A DNA stretch of 20,000 bases from Rhizaria sp. SCN 62-66. Taxonomy: Eukaryota. The stretch covers positions 47,964 to 67,963 of the forward strand of contig MEDY01000223.1 in NCBI GenBank assembly GCA_001724265.1, in the 5' to 3' direction. Numbering within the stretch: the stretch's first letter is position 1; every line of letters starts with the position of its first letter. Positions 1 to 13,205 of the stretch are shown in pieces. A program made the position numbers and the translations under genes. The notes beneath the pieces were generated by a model. That model saw only the letters and a list, made by a program, of their open reading frames with translations. It was not told the origin of the DNA and searched no databases.

Positions 1-1
1 T

Positions 2-3000
2 CAGCGCGTGTCGAGACTCGAGGGCCAGCTCGCTCGTCTGGCTGCCACTACGGCCGCCGCCTCGGCCGCCGCCAGCGAGGCAATCGCGGCCGGCACCGCG
101 GCCACCGAGGTCATCGCTGCCAGCAACAGCAACAACAACAACAACAGCAACAGCAACCACAGCGGAACACATGAGGGTAAGCATGACTCTGCGTCGAGTA
201 CTCATGACGACGCGAGCGCCGCGAGTGCCGCTGAGATGGCCTCCGCGGTGGCCACGGTGAGTGCCGCCTACGACTCTGCGGCCGTCTCGGCGCTCTCAGC
301 CTCGCTGTCGTCCCTCAGCAACGTCGTCTCGGACCTCAGCGCCACGCTACACGCCCGCACCACAGCGCTTGAGACGGCGGCCACCGAGCTCGACTCGCGC
401 ACCGCCAGCCTAGAACAACTCCAGACCGCCGCCAAGGCCGCGGCTGAGGCCGACAAGGCTGCTGCCGAGGCCGAGGCCAAGGCTGAGAGTGAGGCTGAGA
501 TTGCGGTCACCATGAGCGTCGTCAATAGCGTTCTCGAGAAGGCCGAGGCTGCGTTTGAGCTCGCTAGCACCACCGCGGTGACTGTGGGCAAGCTCGAGGA
601 CGGCTTAACTTCCGTCCAGGGCGACCTAACTTCCGTCCAGAGTGGCTTGGCTTCCGAGGTTGAGTCCCTCAAGAGCAGCGTAGCTTCCCTCGAATTCCAG
701 CTCGACGACGGCTTAACTTCCGCGCACAGCGCCCTAACTTCCGCCGAGGACGCGCTCTACGCCGCGATCGACACCGTGCAGAGCGAGGCCGACGCCGCGA
801 TCGCGAAGCTCGCGGCGCAGTCCCGCGCCAGTGACGAGGCCGCGCGCGCCCGCATCGCCGCCGTTGCTGATTCGGCAGCGGCGTCCGCCACTGAGGCAGC
901 GACGGCGGCCGTGGCTGCCGTGAGCGAGGAGCTGATGGAGGAGCTCGGCAAGGCCAACGCTGGACTGATGCAGACCTCGACCGACGTGGACACCTACGTC
1001 GCGGTCATCAAGGACCTCGCGGGCCGTGTCACCAAGACGGAGCGCGTCGTCGAGGCCGGCAACGCGGCCTTCACGCTGTACGCCGAGAACAGCACGGCTC
1101 GCCACGAGGCCGCCGTCGCCGCCGCCGCCGCCGCCACGGGCGCCGTGGCCGCCGCTCTGGCCGCTGCCACCGCCGCCAACGAGACTGCCGCAGAGGCTGC
1201 CGCTGAAGCTGCCGCTGCGAACGCCGCCACCGCGGCTGCCGAGGCCACTGCCGCTGCCGAGGCCGCCTCTGCTGCAGTGGCAGCTCTCTCTGCCACTGTC
1301 AACGACAACAAGGTTGTGACTGAGCAAGCGCTCGCGGACTCGGCGGTGCGGGTAAGTACCCTCGAGGAGGGTCTAAGTACCCTGCTCACGGTCACCGAGG
1401 CCATCCCCGCCCTCACGGCCACAGTCGCCACCGTCGAGACTGCGGTCACCGCAGCGCAACACGCTGCCGAGTCAGCACAGCTCATTGCTGAGACCGCTCA
1501 GGCGACTGCCGAGACCGCTCAGCAGACTGCCGAGTCGGCGCAACAACTCGCCGACTCTGCCCAGGCCTCTGCCGACACCGCCCAGGCGACTGCGGACACC
1601 GCGCAGCAGCTCGCCGAGTCCGCCCAGACCGCGGCCGAGACGGCGCAAGCGGCGGCCGACTCTGCGCAACACTCCGCCGAGGCGGCCGCTGTGACCGGGA
1701 GCAAGACCCGCGGCGAGCTCGACTTGGTGGTTGACTCGGTCGCCGCTGTTGAGGGCGACGTCGCCAATCATGGCGAGGCCATCACCGTGCTCAACGGCAC
1801 TGTCACGGCCTTCACGGCCACCGTGCAGGCCAGCGTCGGCGCGCTCAACGCATCGGTCGCGCGTTCGGTCGCCGAGGTCGACGCTAAGGCCACCACCATC
1901 GAGGGGGCGTTCGCGGCGGCCAGCGCGCAGTACAAGGAGATGGAGCAGAAAGTGGAGGTGGTGACGCTGGAGCAGCAGATGACGCGGCAGGAGTACCTCA
2001 AGGTGTTGGTCAAGCTCCGCTCGCAGGAAGAAGGCGGCGACCTGTCTCGCCGTGTCGAGGAGCTTGAATCGTCGATCCACCTCAACAACACCATGACCAG
2101 CGCGAACATCAACGCCGACGCCGCTGTGCCGCCCCATCCCCGTGTTAGTGCCGTTGGTGGCACGAGTGCAGGCCTGCTTGCGATGCGTTCAGGCTCCCCG
2201 TTCCGTCCCCCGGCCTCCGCCCTCGCCGCCGCCGCCGCCGCTGCGAATGCTAATAATGCAAACGCTCTGTCTCACGGCGACGGCGGCAGAGTCGCGGCCA
2301 GCGAGCACCACCAGCAGCAGTCGCTGTCTGACTTGTCGTTCGTCGACGGCATCGTGACCACGCACAACGAGCTCACCGCCAACGCCGCCGGAACCGGCAG
2401 CAACGCCTACAATATCAATGGCAGCGGCAGTGGCGGCAATGGTAGCGCCACCAGTAGCATGGTTGGGGACATGCCGCTCACGCCGCGCCAGCAGCAGCAG
2501 GCGCAGCACCTCATGCAGCTTCAGCAGCAGTCCCAGCAGCAGCAGCAGCAGCAGTCTCACGTGATGCGGTCCCCGCTGCGTGCAACCATCGCTGCTGCGC
2601 GCGCCAACAGCAGCAACAACAACAGCGCGGCGTCGTCGTTCGTGCACTTCCCCATCGCGACCGACGCCGCCAACACGCACAGTGTTAGCAATGGTGACGT
2701 GACGGTGACTGATGTGCTTGAGCTGGCCAGTGAGGCCCTCAATAGGGCCAACGAGGCCGAGATGGCGCTCACCGCGTTCCAGGTATGTCTCAATAACTAA
2801 AATCAACGACTTCACATTAAACACATAACGATTCTACTGTATGCCACTATTTTTACTCTAAATGCTACCTCTACATTTTGACTTTCATACTCACAATATT
2901 CCGTGTTATATCTCTCTGTTTGTAATGCCTATGAAGGCCGACGTCGAGGCCACTCTGGCCAAGCTCGCGGCCCAGAGCAAGGAGACTGTGGAGGAGACGG

Positions 3001-3846
3001 TGGCCCGTGTCACCGTGCTTGAGAACCGCATTGAGTCGGCTGAGACCCGCAGTGACGAGCTCGAGGACAAGATCGAGGCGCTTGCGGAGGAAAGTCAAGC
3101 CGCCATGAGTACCATGGGTTCCGCGAACAAGTTTACCCCGAAGCCCAAGTCCAAGAAGGATAGTAGCAACCTCGACGACGAGGATGAGGAGCTTGACGAG
3201 AGCCTCCCTGGCGCTGGCGCTGGCGCGGACGATGTAAGTGCCCGTCTAAGTGCCCTCGAGGCCCAGCTTGCGGACTCAGCTGCCCAGATCTCTGACGCAG
3301 CGGCCGAGCAGGTTGATATCCTCTCTCGTCTCGACGCCTATGACGTGCGGCTTGACTTCCTGACCTCTAGCACCACCGGCAACAACAACGACAACAACGC
3401 CCACAGCAGCAGCAGCAGCAGCAGCGCCGAGAGCAACGGCCACTCGATTGTGGCTGTGACGATGCACGCGGCGACCGAGGCCCGTTTCGCTGAGATCGCC
3501 GGTGACATCGAGGGCCTTATCTCGGGCCTCGACTCAGTGACCGACCGGGCAGATGTGGCCCACAGCAAGGCCGAGGCCGCGCTGGCCAAGGCGGACGCCG
3601 CCGCGGCCGCTATCGCCGTCCACAAACAGCAGCAGCAGCAGCAGCAGCAGTCTAACAATAACAACAGCGCGAACAACAACTCTGACGAGGCTAACAAGAG
3701 TGTCCATGGGGATGATGAGAGCGGTCACAGTAAGATCGACTCTCTGTCCGAGCGGCTTAACTTCCTCGAAGACGACTGTGAGCAGCTCGGCCGCCGCGCT
3801 GCCGCCGCCGCCGAGGCCGCCGCGCTGGCGCAGTCGGCTGCCGCGT

Positions 3847-3878
<32 letters not shown>

Positions 3879-4403
3879 GGTGTCGCCGCTGTTGTGGAGG
3901 GGCTCGGCGGCAATGCGGCAACTGTGCTGGTCCGGCTTGAGGAGGCTGAGGCGGCGGTGAGCAAGCTTGAGGCGACTGTGACGGTCAACGACACGCTTCT
4001 CAATACGAGCGTCAGCAACGTCAACACAACCAGTGATTCCAACGCGAACGCTGCGGCGAGTGCGAGTGAAATTAGTGGCGTTAAGGCTGAGTTGGCTGCT
4101 TTGCAGTCGAGCGTCACTGCCCAGTTGTCTCAAAGTCAGGCCGTGCTCGAGAGCGAGATCGCCGGCGTAAAGGTGACTGTGGGCGAAGTGGCCGGCAATG
4201 TGGAGCTGGTTTACGAAGAGCTGATGGAGGCCAAGGGGCGGCTTGACTTTGTATTTGGGGAGGTTGACGGTGTGAAGGGACACACGGGGTATGTGGGTGG
4301 TACTTACGACGCCGCCGCTGCGAACTATGACAACAACAACGCTGACAGCGCTGATGAGATCAGCAACGGTGCGGCGGTTGAGGCCAAGCAGCATGCTGAG
4401 TAA
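2..4403 (+). CDS. 5'-truncated long Ala-rich coiled-coil protein of unknown function; exons <2..2782 and 2937..4403 (>=1415 aa in window)
   Basis: Frame open from position 2. CAG|GTATGT donor at 2783 and AAG|G acceptor at 2936 join ORFs 8..2800 and 2862..4403 in frame (..AFQ|ADVEAT..) across an AT-rich intron. Heptad Ala/Glu/Gln pattern, polyN/polyQ tracts, stop TAA 4401-4403. Confidence 0.8.
1441..1685 (+). repeat. Degenerate 21-nt / 7-aa tandem repeat (A-E/D-T/S-A-Q-x-x), about 11 copies
   Basis: Translation AESAQLI AETAQAT AETAQQT AESAQQL ADSAQAS ADTAQAT ADTAQQL AESAQTA AETAQAA ADSAQHS. Confidence 0.9.
2783..2936 (+). other. Spliceosomal intron (phase 0, 154 nt)
   Basis: GTATGT...AAG, AT-rich, contains in-frame stop, removal restores the frame. 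Confidence 0.8.
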
Positions 4404-5472
4404 AGCTCAAGCTCAAGCTGAAATTACCAACAGTAATATCAAAGCCAAAAGCTAATCTTATCTCAGCAACTTGAAGCGATTGCTCCTCTCAGTCGGCCAA
4501 TCAGCAACAGTGTTGTTCTTGACGTCGATTGATTTTTGATACCTAACACATGCCCTAAGCCCTGACTTGTTTGTATTTTGTTTCTTTTGTTTGTTTCCAA
4601 GGAAAGAACGTGAAAAGAATTCTTTCTTTTGATTTGTTTTTTCATATGACTTAAAAAGTCTACATGTAAAATATGTTTTTGTATACTTTGTTTTTTTCAA
4701 ATTCGTTTTAATGATAGTTTGATCTGAAAAATGGGGGGAATTATGAGAGAGCTTGCTCGCTTTTGCAAACCTGCGCATATCAATGGCTTTAACAAACTGT
4801 TGGGATAATAATATGCTATGACGCTGATGCTGATATCACTGCCTGCGACTGCTGCTGCGACTCTGACTGGTGCAACGACTAGCAAATGGCTTTGTATGTG
4901 CTACTTTGACAATAAAATACGTATACTTTGATTCATATGCAGTCCTTCTATGATGAGTTTGTTAGACTTGTTGGCATCTCTGCGTTTATGCATCTGAGAT
5001 CTGCTATATATCGGCCTTGCACTGGCCTCTGCAACCTTGACTTGTCTTTTGGTCCCTCGACGAGGCCAGGGTGGACAAAAGCCAATGCAGAGCCGTGTAG
5101 TCCGCGCGCCAACGACTTGAGCTGCGTTGTCTGGAACAGCGCGGCGATTTTGTGTATTAATTTATTCGTATAGATGCATGTATAGGCTTGCGCTTATCTA
5201 ATGTGATGATTTAGTGCGTGTTCGCTTGGCGCCTGTCGAGACTCTCGGCGCCTGCCTTTCCTCAACTGTTACGCTCTCAAATTTCCGTCAACCAAGATAT
5301 CGTCATTATCAAGAGAACAAAACATTCAATTCTATTTGTTTTTATAATATCATATTTAGTCTTCTAAATTACATGCTTAAATCATCATTTTTTTAATCGC
5401 CCTCTTCACTCACTCTCGCCCTCTTGCCTGCACTCTAATGAACACCATCGGCCCAGAGACCAACGAAGGGCA

Positions 5473-6639
5473 ATGCCAGCGTGGTTTCTGCTATTGAGTT
5501 TCCTCGCGCTCGCTGTGCTTGGACGCGTTGCCCAGGTCGTTCTCGCCACAATGTCCCGCCGCAAGCGCCGCCAAACAGCTTTCGCCGCCTCTCAACAACG
5601 TTCCAATAACTCCAGCAACAACAGCTCCAACACCTCCAGCGCGAGCGTTAGCCAAACCAACAGCAACACGACTGGCGCTAAGACCTCATCTGCGTCTAAG
5701 AGCAAGTGGCGTGTGATGGCTGTGTTGGGCTCTGGAGGCCACACGTCTGAGCTCATGGCTGTGCTTTCCGCCGTGCCAAGGTGCGATTTCACACAATGTC
5801 GCCATATATTCGACATATATCACATGTATAATGTAACTACGTTCTTTTTCTTGAGAAACATTGTCTAACTCTAGACGCCGTATTTGTCGCTCTTTTTGTT
5901 TGTTTTACTGTTTCTTTAGGTCCAAATTCGCCTCTCTCGAGTATATCCTTGCAGAGACTGACAAACTCTCCCGCACCCGCATCGAAGCCTACGAGGCCTC
6001 ACTCGCACTCGCACACCCTCAACAGTCTCAGTCTGCTGTGAGATCTAAGAACGCTTCTGCGACTGCCGATGTGTCTGCGATCGCGGATGCACCGAAGATC
6101 AGTTTCACAACACTGCCCCGCAGCCGCGAAGTCGGGCAGTCTTTCCGCTCGAGCATCCTCACAACGGCCAAGGCGACATTATTCGCGATGAAACTCGTTT
6201 TTAGCAATGTACGTCTTTTCTTTACATCTCAAGACCCCAATCGTCACATAATCAAGTTCGCATGATGTCTCAATTGACTTTATAATCGCTACTATGAGCT
6301 TTAAACAATGAATACGCCTGAGATAACACAGAACAACTCACTTTTGTTATATAATCTAAATCTTTGTGTTTCTGCGTGCTGTATTCCCCGCCAAAGACGC
6401 CCGACTTGCTCGTGGTCAACGGCCCCGGCACATGCGTCCCCCTATGTTGGTCTGCTTTTGCCCTCCGCCTCCTCGGCCTCCGGTCGCCGCGCGTCGTCTT
6501 TATTGAGTCCTTCGCGCGCGTCTCGCGACTCAGTCTCTCGGGGTATTTGCTGTACCCGATCGTGGACAGGTTCGTAGTGCAGTGGCCGCAGCAGGCCGAG
6601 AAGTTCGCTTACTCAGAGTATATCGGAACCATCTGCTAA
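5473..6639 (+). CDS. ALG14: UDP-N-acetylglucosamine transferase subunit ALG14; exons 5473..5780, 5920..6208, 6397..6639 (279 aa)
   Basis: N-terminal hydrophobic anchor; family motifs VLGSGGHTSEL, PRSREVGQS, PDLLVVNGPGTCVP, FIESFARV..LSLSG..LY..DRFVVQWP. Introns 5781..5919 (GTGCGA..TAG, phase 2) and 6209..6396 (GTACGT..AAG, phase 0) give one continuous frame. Confidence 0.95.
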
Positions 6640-6972
6640 GAGAGACAAAACAATGACTTTACGCAATAATGCCGACATCAGAATATTTATCTTGTCTTTT
6701 TGGATACTTCATATTGTTTTTGGTTCAATTAGTGATTATTACTGGTTGTTTCACGCTTGTTTTATGATGAGTTTTGGTTCAAGAGTTACTTAGCTTCACG
6801 TTGAATATGATACATAGCACACGTATACGTTGCCTTGTCCGAGTAACACATTTAAATAATGGAAACTTGTGTAATTTTGTGGAACATATTCGCATTCTGT
6901 TTTATTTTGTCTTTATTTACGTGAACTGGTGTGTTTTCAGTGTGCTGACGTGTTGGCGCGTGTGGGATCGAG

Positions 6973-7001
6973 GTGACCGTGAGCAGCAGTGACCGTGAGC
7001 A
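6973..7001 (+). repeat. 13-bp direct repeat GTGACCGTGAGCA x2 upstream of ARP2
   Basis: Copies at 6973-6985 and 6989-7001. Confidence 0.8.
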
Positions 7002-7362
7002 CAGCCGAGCGCGAGCTTGAAGCAAGAGAGAAGGGTAGTCGTACTTAGCAGACGCCAGAAGATATCACCTTCGAAGGCTTCGCACGGCTGCCAGCATGGT
7101 TCTTTCGGTCCAGGATTACTAGGTTAGCGAGAGCAAGTGGTGTTGGTTTCGCGTATTTGATACTATGAGCGGGGGACGTTGTTGATAGGGTCTATTTTCG
7201 ATTCCCAGTGTGGCCGCGACGTCACCTCTCGTCCCCTCCAGCGCTTGCTCTTTCCGCCTCTTTCTGCTCCCGGCATCCTTTTCTAGCTTAATTCCCCCCG
7301 ACTACTAGGTAGCTCACTCTTTTTACTTCCTGCTTGTTTTGTTTTTTGCGTTTTCCAGAAGC

Positions 7363-9290
7363 ATGTCGAAGCGCACCATTGTCTGCGACAACGGCACGGG
7401 CTACTGCAAGGTCGGCTACGCCGGCTCCAACTTCCCCGAGCACATCTTCCCTTCGATCATCGGCCGCCCGATGATGCGCTTCGAGGAGGAGTTCAAGGAC
7501 GTCCAGCTCAAGGAAATCATGTGCGGCGATGAGGCTGCCAAGTACCGCTCCATGCTCAAGACCAGCTACCCCGTCGAGAACGGCCAGGTACGACACTACC
7601 ACCCTTCCTTTTATCTGCATCTTCGAGCAACGATATCTCCGCCCATCCGCACTCCCTCTTGATATCCCCACGCCAATTAAACGCAATATCGCCATGTAGA
7701 TCTGTGTTTTCAGTTTTAGTTCTTCGATCTCACTTCTTGTGCTTCTATCTTCTCCTTCTTTGCGCTGTCTCGCCGCCTCGCGCCCCTTGTCTCGCTCCGC
7801 TGGCTTCTCTGTGATTACTCGCCCTCCCCAGGTTCGCGACTGGGATGGCATGCGCGCCCTCTGGGACTACACCTTCCACGAGCGCCTCAACATCGACCCC
7901 TCGGACCACAAGATCCTGCTGACGGAGCCCCCGCTCAACCCGCTCGAGAACAAGAAGAAGATGCTCACCAACATGTTCGAGACCTACGGCTTCGCCGCCG
8001 CTAAGGTCGAGATCCAGGTACGTTCCCTTCCCATTATATAGCACCATCTTGCCATCGTCATGTTGCGGTCTAAGATAACTTAAAGATAGATGATCTCTTT
8101 TAACACCTGAAATATTATCTCTCTTCTCACCTCGATTTTATCTTGGCTCTCTATATCCTCCCGCTTTCTCGCTCCTTTTCCTCTTGCTCGACCACAGGCT
8201 CTTCTCGTGCTCTACGCCCAGGGCCTCATCAACGGTGTCGTTGTCGACTCCGGTGACGGTGTGACCCACATCGTGCCTGTCTGGGACAACACCTGCCCCA
8301 CGCACCTCATCAAGCGCCTCGATGTCGCTGGCCGTCACGTCACCCAGTACCTCATCAAGCTCCTCCAGGTACGCCTTCTACCCTCTTCACTTTCGCAAGA
8401 GATATATCGCCACGATAACATTCTTGTGACATTAATTCTGTATAACTTCATATATTTACTCAACATCTATCTATGAGTTTAAATTTATCGCTAACAAAAT
8501 CTATCTTGTGCCTTTATATTCGCTTTTGTTCTGTTTCTGTGCTTTTCTTCTCACTCTTAGGCCCGCGGCTACAACTTCAACCGCACTGCCGACTTCGAGA
8601 CTGTCCGCCAGATCAAGGAGAAGTGCTGCTACGTTGGCTACGACCTCGAGGTCGAGAAGCGCCTTGCTCTCGAGACCACGACCATGCTCGAGACCTTCGT
8701 GCTGCCCGATGACCGCGAGATCAAGGTCGGCATGGAGCGCTTTGAGGCGCCTGAGGTGCTGTTCAACCCCGCGCTCGTCGACTGCGAGCGCCCCGGTGTC
8801 CACAAGATGCTCTTCGACATGATCCAGGTCCGCATCTATCTCCAATAACATCTACCAGCTCCTTATTTTTACTTTTATTAGACCTTTTTCTTCCTTTTAC
8901 TCTTTTTACACTCTACTGACACTCACTCATCTTTGCCTCTATTTACTCGTCCTATTTGCGCTTCTACAGGAGGCCGACATCGACCTGCGTCCCGCCTTCT
9001 ACAAGCACATCGTCCTCTCCGGCGGCACCACCATGTTCCCCGGTCTCCCGTCCCGCATGGAGAAGGAGATGCGTTCCCTGTACTCTGACCTCGTCAAGGG
9101 CAACCCCACGAGCATCAAGAAGTTCCAGCTCCGCATCGAGGACCCCCCGCGCCGCAAGCACATGGTCTTCCTGGGCGGCGCCGTGCTGGCCGACATCATG
9201 GACAAGAGCCCCGAGTTCTGGATCACCAAGCAGGAGTGGGATGAGAACGGTGCGTCCATCATCCAGCGCAAGTTCGGCGGTGCCATCTAA
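7363..9290 (+). CDS. ARP2: Actin-related protein 2 (Arp2/3 complex); exons 7363..7587, 7832..8017, 8198..8368, 8561..8827, 8970..9290 (389 aa)
   Basis: Arp2-type motifs [103 protein letters not shown]. Four GT-AG phase-0 introns (7588..7831, 8018..8197, 8369..8560, 8828..8969). Strong C-ending codon bias. Exon 4 is not in the supplied ORF track. Confidence 0.97.
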
Positions 9291-9957
9291 GAATCCCCTT
9301 AGACGGGACGGACGCAGCGGTTCGGCGGCGGCGGCGACGGCGGCGGCAGCGGCGAAGAGCCTCCCCCGCACGTGTTGTGTGATCGCCGTGAGGATGTAAT
9401 TGCTTGCTGGAAGGTGCTCAATGTAAAGTAGTTTTCAAAGTCGCTCTTGAACACGGCGCGGTAAAACCAACGTAAAAATATGTAGTATAGATCAAGGTCT
9501 AAGTTCAAAGTATTGTTGTTTTGTAAAAAAATGTATATGTGTTTATCATTTCTTTTGTTCGATAAAAAGCGAATACAAATGATTTCGTTTCAAAAACGTC
9601 TGTTAAAGCCAACCGAGTTCGCCTGTGTGACAGTGACGCGACAGCCAAAACTGCTGACAGTGATGATGGTCAGTCATACTAGCTCTGCGTGTAGATAAGT
9701 ACAAGTCCGTTGTTTTGAAATGTGGCGGTGGTCTTTGAATAGATCGTTGTGGTTTTTACTATCCTTGTTAATTGTATCTCACCAGCCCCTACTTGTCGCG
9801 TGTATATCCTCTTTCCCCATCCCTACTTCCCCTCTCCGTGGTGCTCGGCCAAAGCTACCTTCCTTCGCTCACCAGGTCACACTGACCTCACTGAAACCTA
9901 GATAGGTCACGCTGCTCGTATAGCCCTTGCCTTCGAGTATCTGCAGACGACCGTCTG

Positions 9958-10072
9958 ATGCCTGTCACTGCCGCTCCAGGCACACACGGAGGCCCCCGCG
10001 CCCTCACGAGCTCAACAGCGACCGCACACTCCAACCCACACGCTGCCAGCTCAAGCTCCACAGCAATGTCAG

Positions 10073-10104
<32 letters not shown>

Positions 10105-11404
10105 TCCACAGCCGCATCTTCCGCATATAGCCCCCCGGTGGCGTCGCCCACGTTTGTGTTTGACTCCGCAGCCTTCTTCAAGCCCCGCTTCAACGAAGAC
10201 GCCTTTATCGCAACCTACCTCTCCAACGCAGCCAATGTCACCGCCACAAGCAACGCCAACGCCGCAACGGCGACATCTAGCGCCAGCGCGAACTCGGCCT
10301 ACGTTAGCGGCGTTAAGGCCCGCTACGAGCGTCTGCTCTCCGACCTCAAGCGCTGCCACTCCCACTTCACAGCGCAGTTCAGCGCTCTGCTTAACACAGA
10401 GTACGCCGCCTTCATCGGCCTCTCACAGTCGCTCGACGGCATCGCGCCGGCCGCCGCCGCGATCGCCGCGCGCGCCGACGCCCTGCTGCTGCGGCTTTCG
10501 CGCGCGCGCGCCGCGGTTGCGGTCGTGCTGGGCAAGGTTGCCGCAGCGGCGGAGGCGGCTGGCGCGGCGGCCGGGAAGGAGGAGACGCTGCGGCGGCTGG
10601 AGAGGGTCTGGGGCGAGTGCGACCAGCTGGAGGCCCTCCTGCTGCAGCGGGGCACGGGAACTGGAGAGGTGACCGTGACCAGCAGCGGTACCAGCGGTGC
10701 TCGTGATGCGAGCGGTGACTTGAAGGACGACAACGCAAGTAACCCAGCCAACAATGCAAACAATGCAAACACTGCGAGTGCGAGCGTGAGTGCATTGTTG
10801 TTCACGACCGCCGCTGCTGCAACTACTGCTACTTCTGACAGTCGCAGCCGCGGTTACAGTTGCAGCAACAACACGCTTTCTGATGCTAACGACTGTGCTT
10901 CGAATGACGAGGACGAGGACGATGACGGCGACGACTCCGATTATGGTGATGTTGATGGTGATGAATGTGTGTATGAGGCTTACCTTAAAAACGCAGACCC
11001 TCAAAGTTATGCCCCGTCCGCTGCCCATTTGACCGCCAACCCGAACAAGACTCCTGCTGTTGCTGCTGTTGCAAACGCTGCTGCTGTCTGCTCTGTTTCT
11101 CGTGTAGATATTAACGTCAGTACTCCTCAGATGCTGATGCGGGAAGCGTTGCTGCTGCTGGAGGCAGCGCAACACCTAGTGCAGGCGCACGCTACTCTAA
11201 GTACCCCCTTAGACGACGGCGGCGTCATAAGTGCGCAGGTGCAAAGCGCGGTGAAGTTGCAGTCCCAGCGGTACTTGAAGTTAAGCCGCCAGTTCCATGT
11301 AAGGGCCTCGAAGGCGCTGACGCAGACGCTGACTCTGCTCACGGAGACGTACATCTATAACCAAGACAGCAACAACACTAAGCACAACAGCAACAACAAC
11401 AGCT

Positions 11405-11441
<37 letters not shown>

Positions 11442-13155
11442 CAACAGCGGTAACAGCGGTAGCAATCGCACCAATGCACTATTCATGCAATTTCTGCGCA
11501 CTGCGCGCCTCATCCTGGCTGCTACCGCAACTGCTCCTAACACAAACACTAATGCGAACAACAGCTCGAACACTTTCAACATGTGGAGTACTAACTCTAG
11601 CACGACAGGCGCTAGTATTAGCTCTAGTGCGTCTGCGTTGGACTCAGATCCCGCCAGTGTCCGTGTGCTTGGCTGCGCAAGTGCTGAGACACTGTGCTCG
11701 AGTCTAAATACCTACTTACACAGCCTTGGCACAAACAGCATTCATGCCACCGCCTCTGCGTCTGTAGTTGCGGCCAATACGACTGCGGTTCGGAATGTAA
11801 GTAGCCCCTTGCTGGTGTCGGGCGACGGCACTTACATCTCCGAAGGTACTGACACGGACGCGGCTTTAATTCGCCTTGTCGTAGCTTGTGTGCTCCGCAA
11901 GCAACTCAAGCGTGCTCTCAGCTCGAGTGCACACGCAAGTGTCAGTGGCAGTGCCAGTGTCGCTGCAAATGCGAGCACGAGCGCGAGCAGTGTGCTGGTT
12001 GAGTCACTGGCTATTGCAGCTGAAGCTACTCTTAACAACAACAACACCAACAACAACGCCTCTAACGCTAACAGTGTGAGTGAGGTGGCCGCAAAGCTTG
12101 CGTCTGCGATGTGTCACACGGTCGTGGGCCTCCTGCCTTTGCTCGCACTCCTCTGCTCACAGTCACTCAGCTCACAGTCACTCAGCTCACAGTCCCCGAA
12201 CTCGCAGCCGCAGTCGCTGTCACGGCTTAGCTCTCAGCCGCTCTGCTCAGAGTCTCAGGCGCAGTCGCCGCTGTCCCTGGTGTCATTGTGCATCCATGGA
12301 GTCTGGCCTGAGGTGCTGCTCGCCCTGCACAACGCCTCGGGTACGTGGCGCTCACAGTCATCAGCGGCACAAAATGTAAGTACCCCTGCTGGGCCACAGC
12401 CACGCAGCAGCAACAACAACAGCAGCTCGAAGGCCAACAACACCACCACCACCACGATCACCTCCGACGGCAACGCCGCGAATGCAGGCGCAGTTGTTTT
12501 TCGGTCCTATTGGACGAACGCCGCCAACCATAAGCCGCATATCGTGCTTGCGCACTGCCACGCTCTGCAAGCCGTCGCACACGCCCTCGCGCGGTCACTT
12601 ATTGGCGGCGAGGGCGCTGCTAGCCGTACTGACGCGGCTAAACTTCTCTCCGACGTGTTCCTGTCGCACAGCAGCACGGTCGCGCTCACGCAGAGCTGGG
12701 GTGTGAAGCTCGCGTTTAGCTTGCTGATGCAACAGCCGTTGACAGCGGTCACGACAACCGCGAGCAAAATCACATCCAATGCCGCTGCCATTGCTCGCTC
12801 GAGTCTTGTGAGCGTTAGCGACAAGAGGAGCTCTAGTTCTAGTGCATCGCAGTCGTCTAAGTGGGTGTCGGGGTCAGATCTAAGTACCTTGCTTTCACCT
12901 CTGAACAACAGCACGAACGTCAATGCCCCCGCTAGCGCCACGACTGGCGGCTACTTAGACTCGACCAAGGTACTTAGCGCGGTACTTACATCCGCCTTCT
13001 CAGCCCTTACACCGCACGAACTCGTGCCCGTCGCAGCTTCGACAATGGCAACTGCGCTAGCGCCTGCGTCCGTTGCGCTGGCGGCCGCCGTCTCGGCTTT
13101 GCCGTTACTCATGCCTACAGCAACAACAACAATTCTCACTAACAATAACAATAGC

Positions 13156-13205
<50 letters not shown>

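Noticed and set aside
1441-1685. Possible CRISPR-like or satellite array
   Set aside because: No repeat-spacer structure; variation is mostly at codon level, so it is a protein repeat in a eukaryotic exon.
2801-2936. ORFs 8..2800 and 2862..4403 as two separate genes
   Set aside because: The gap is an AT-rich GT-AG intron that joins them in frame.
4458-5396. Short ORFs in the spacer, including a codon-like patch at ~4818-4885
   Set aside because: AT-rich, lacking the exon codon bias, no convincing splice sites or motifs.
7588-8969. ARP2 introns as a recent introner (transposon-derived) family
   Set aside because: No shared sequence or terminal inverted repeats visible among introns beyond splice signals and pyrimidine tracts.
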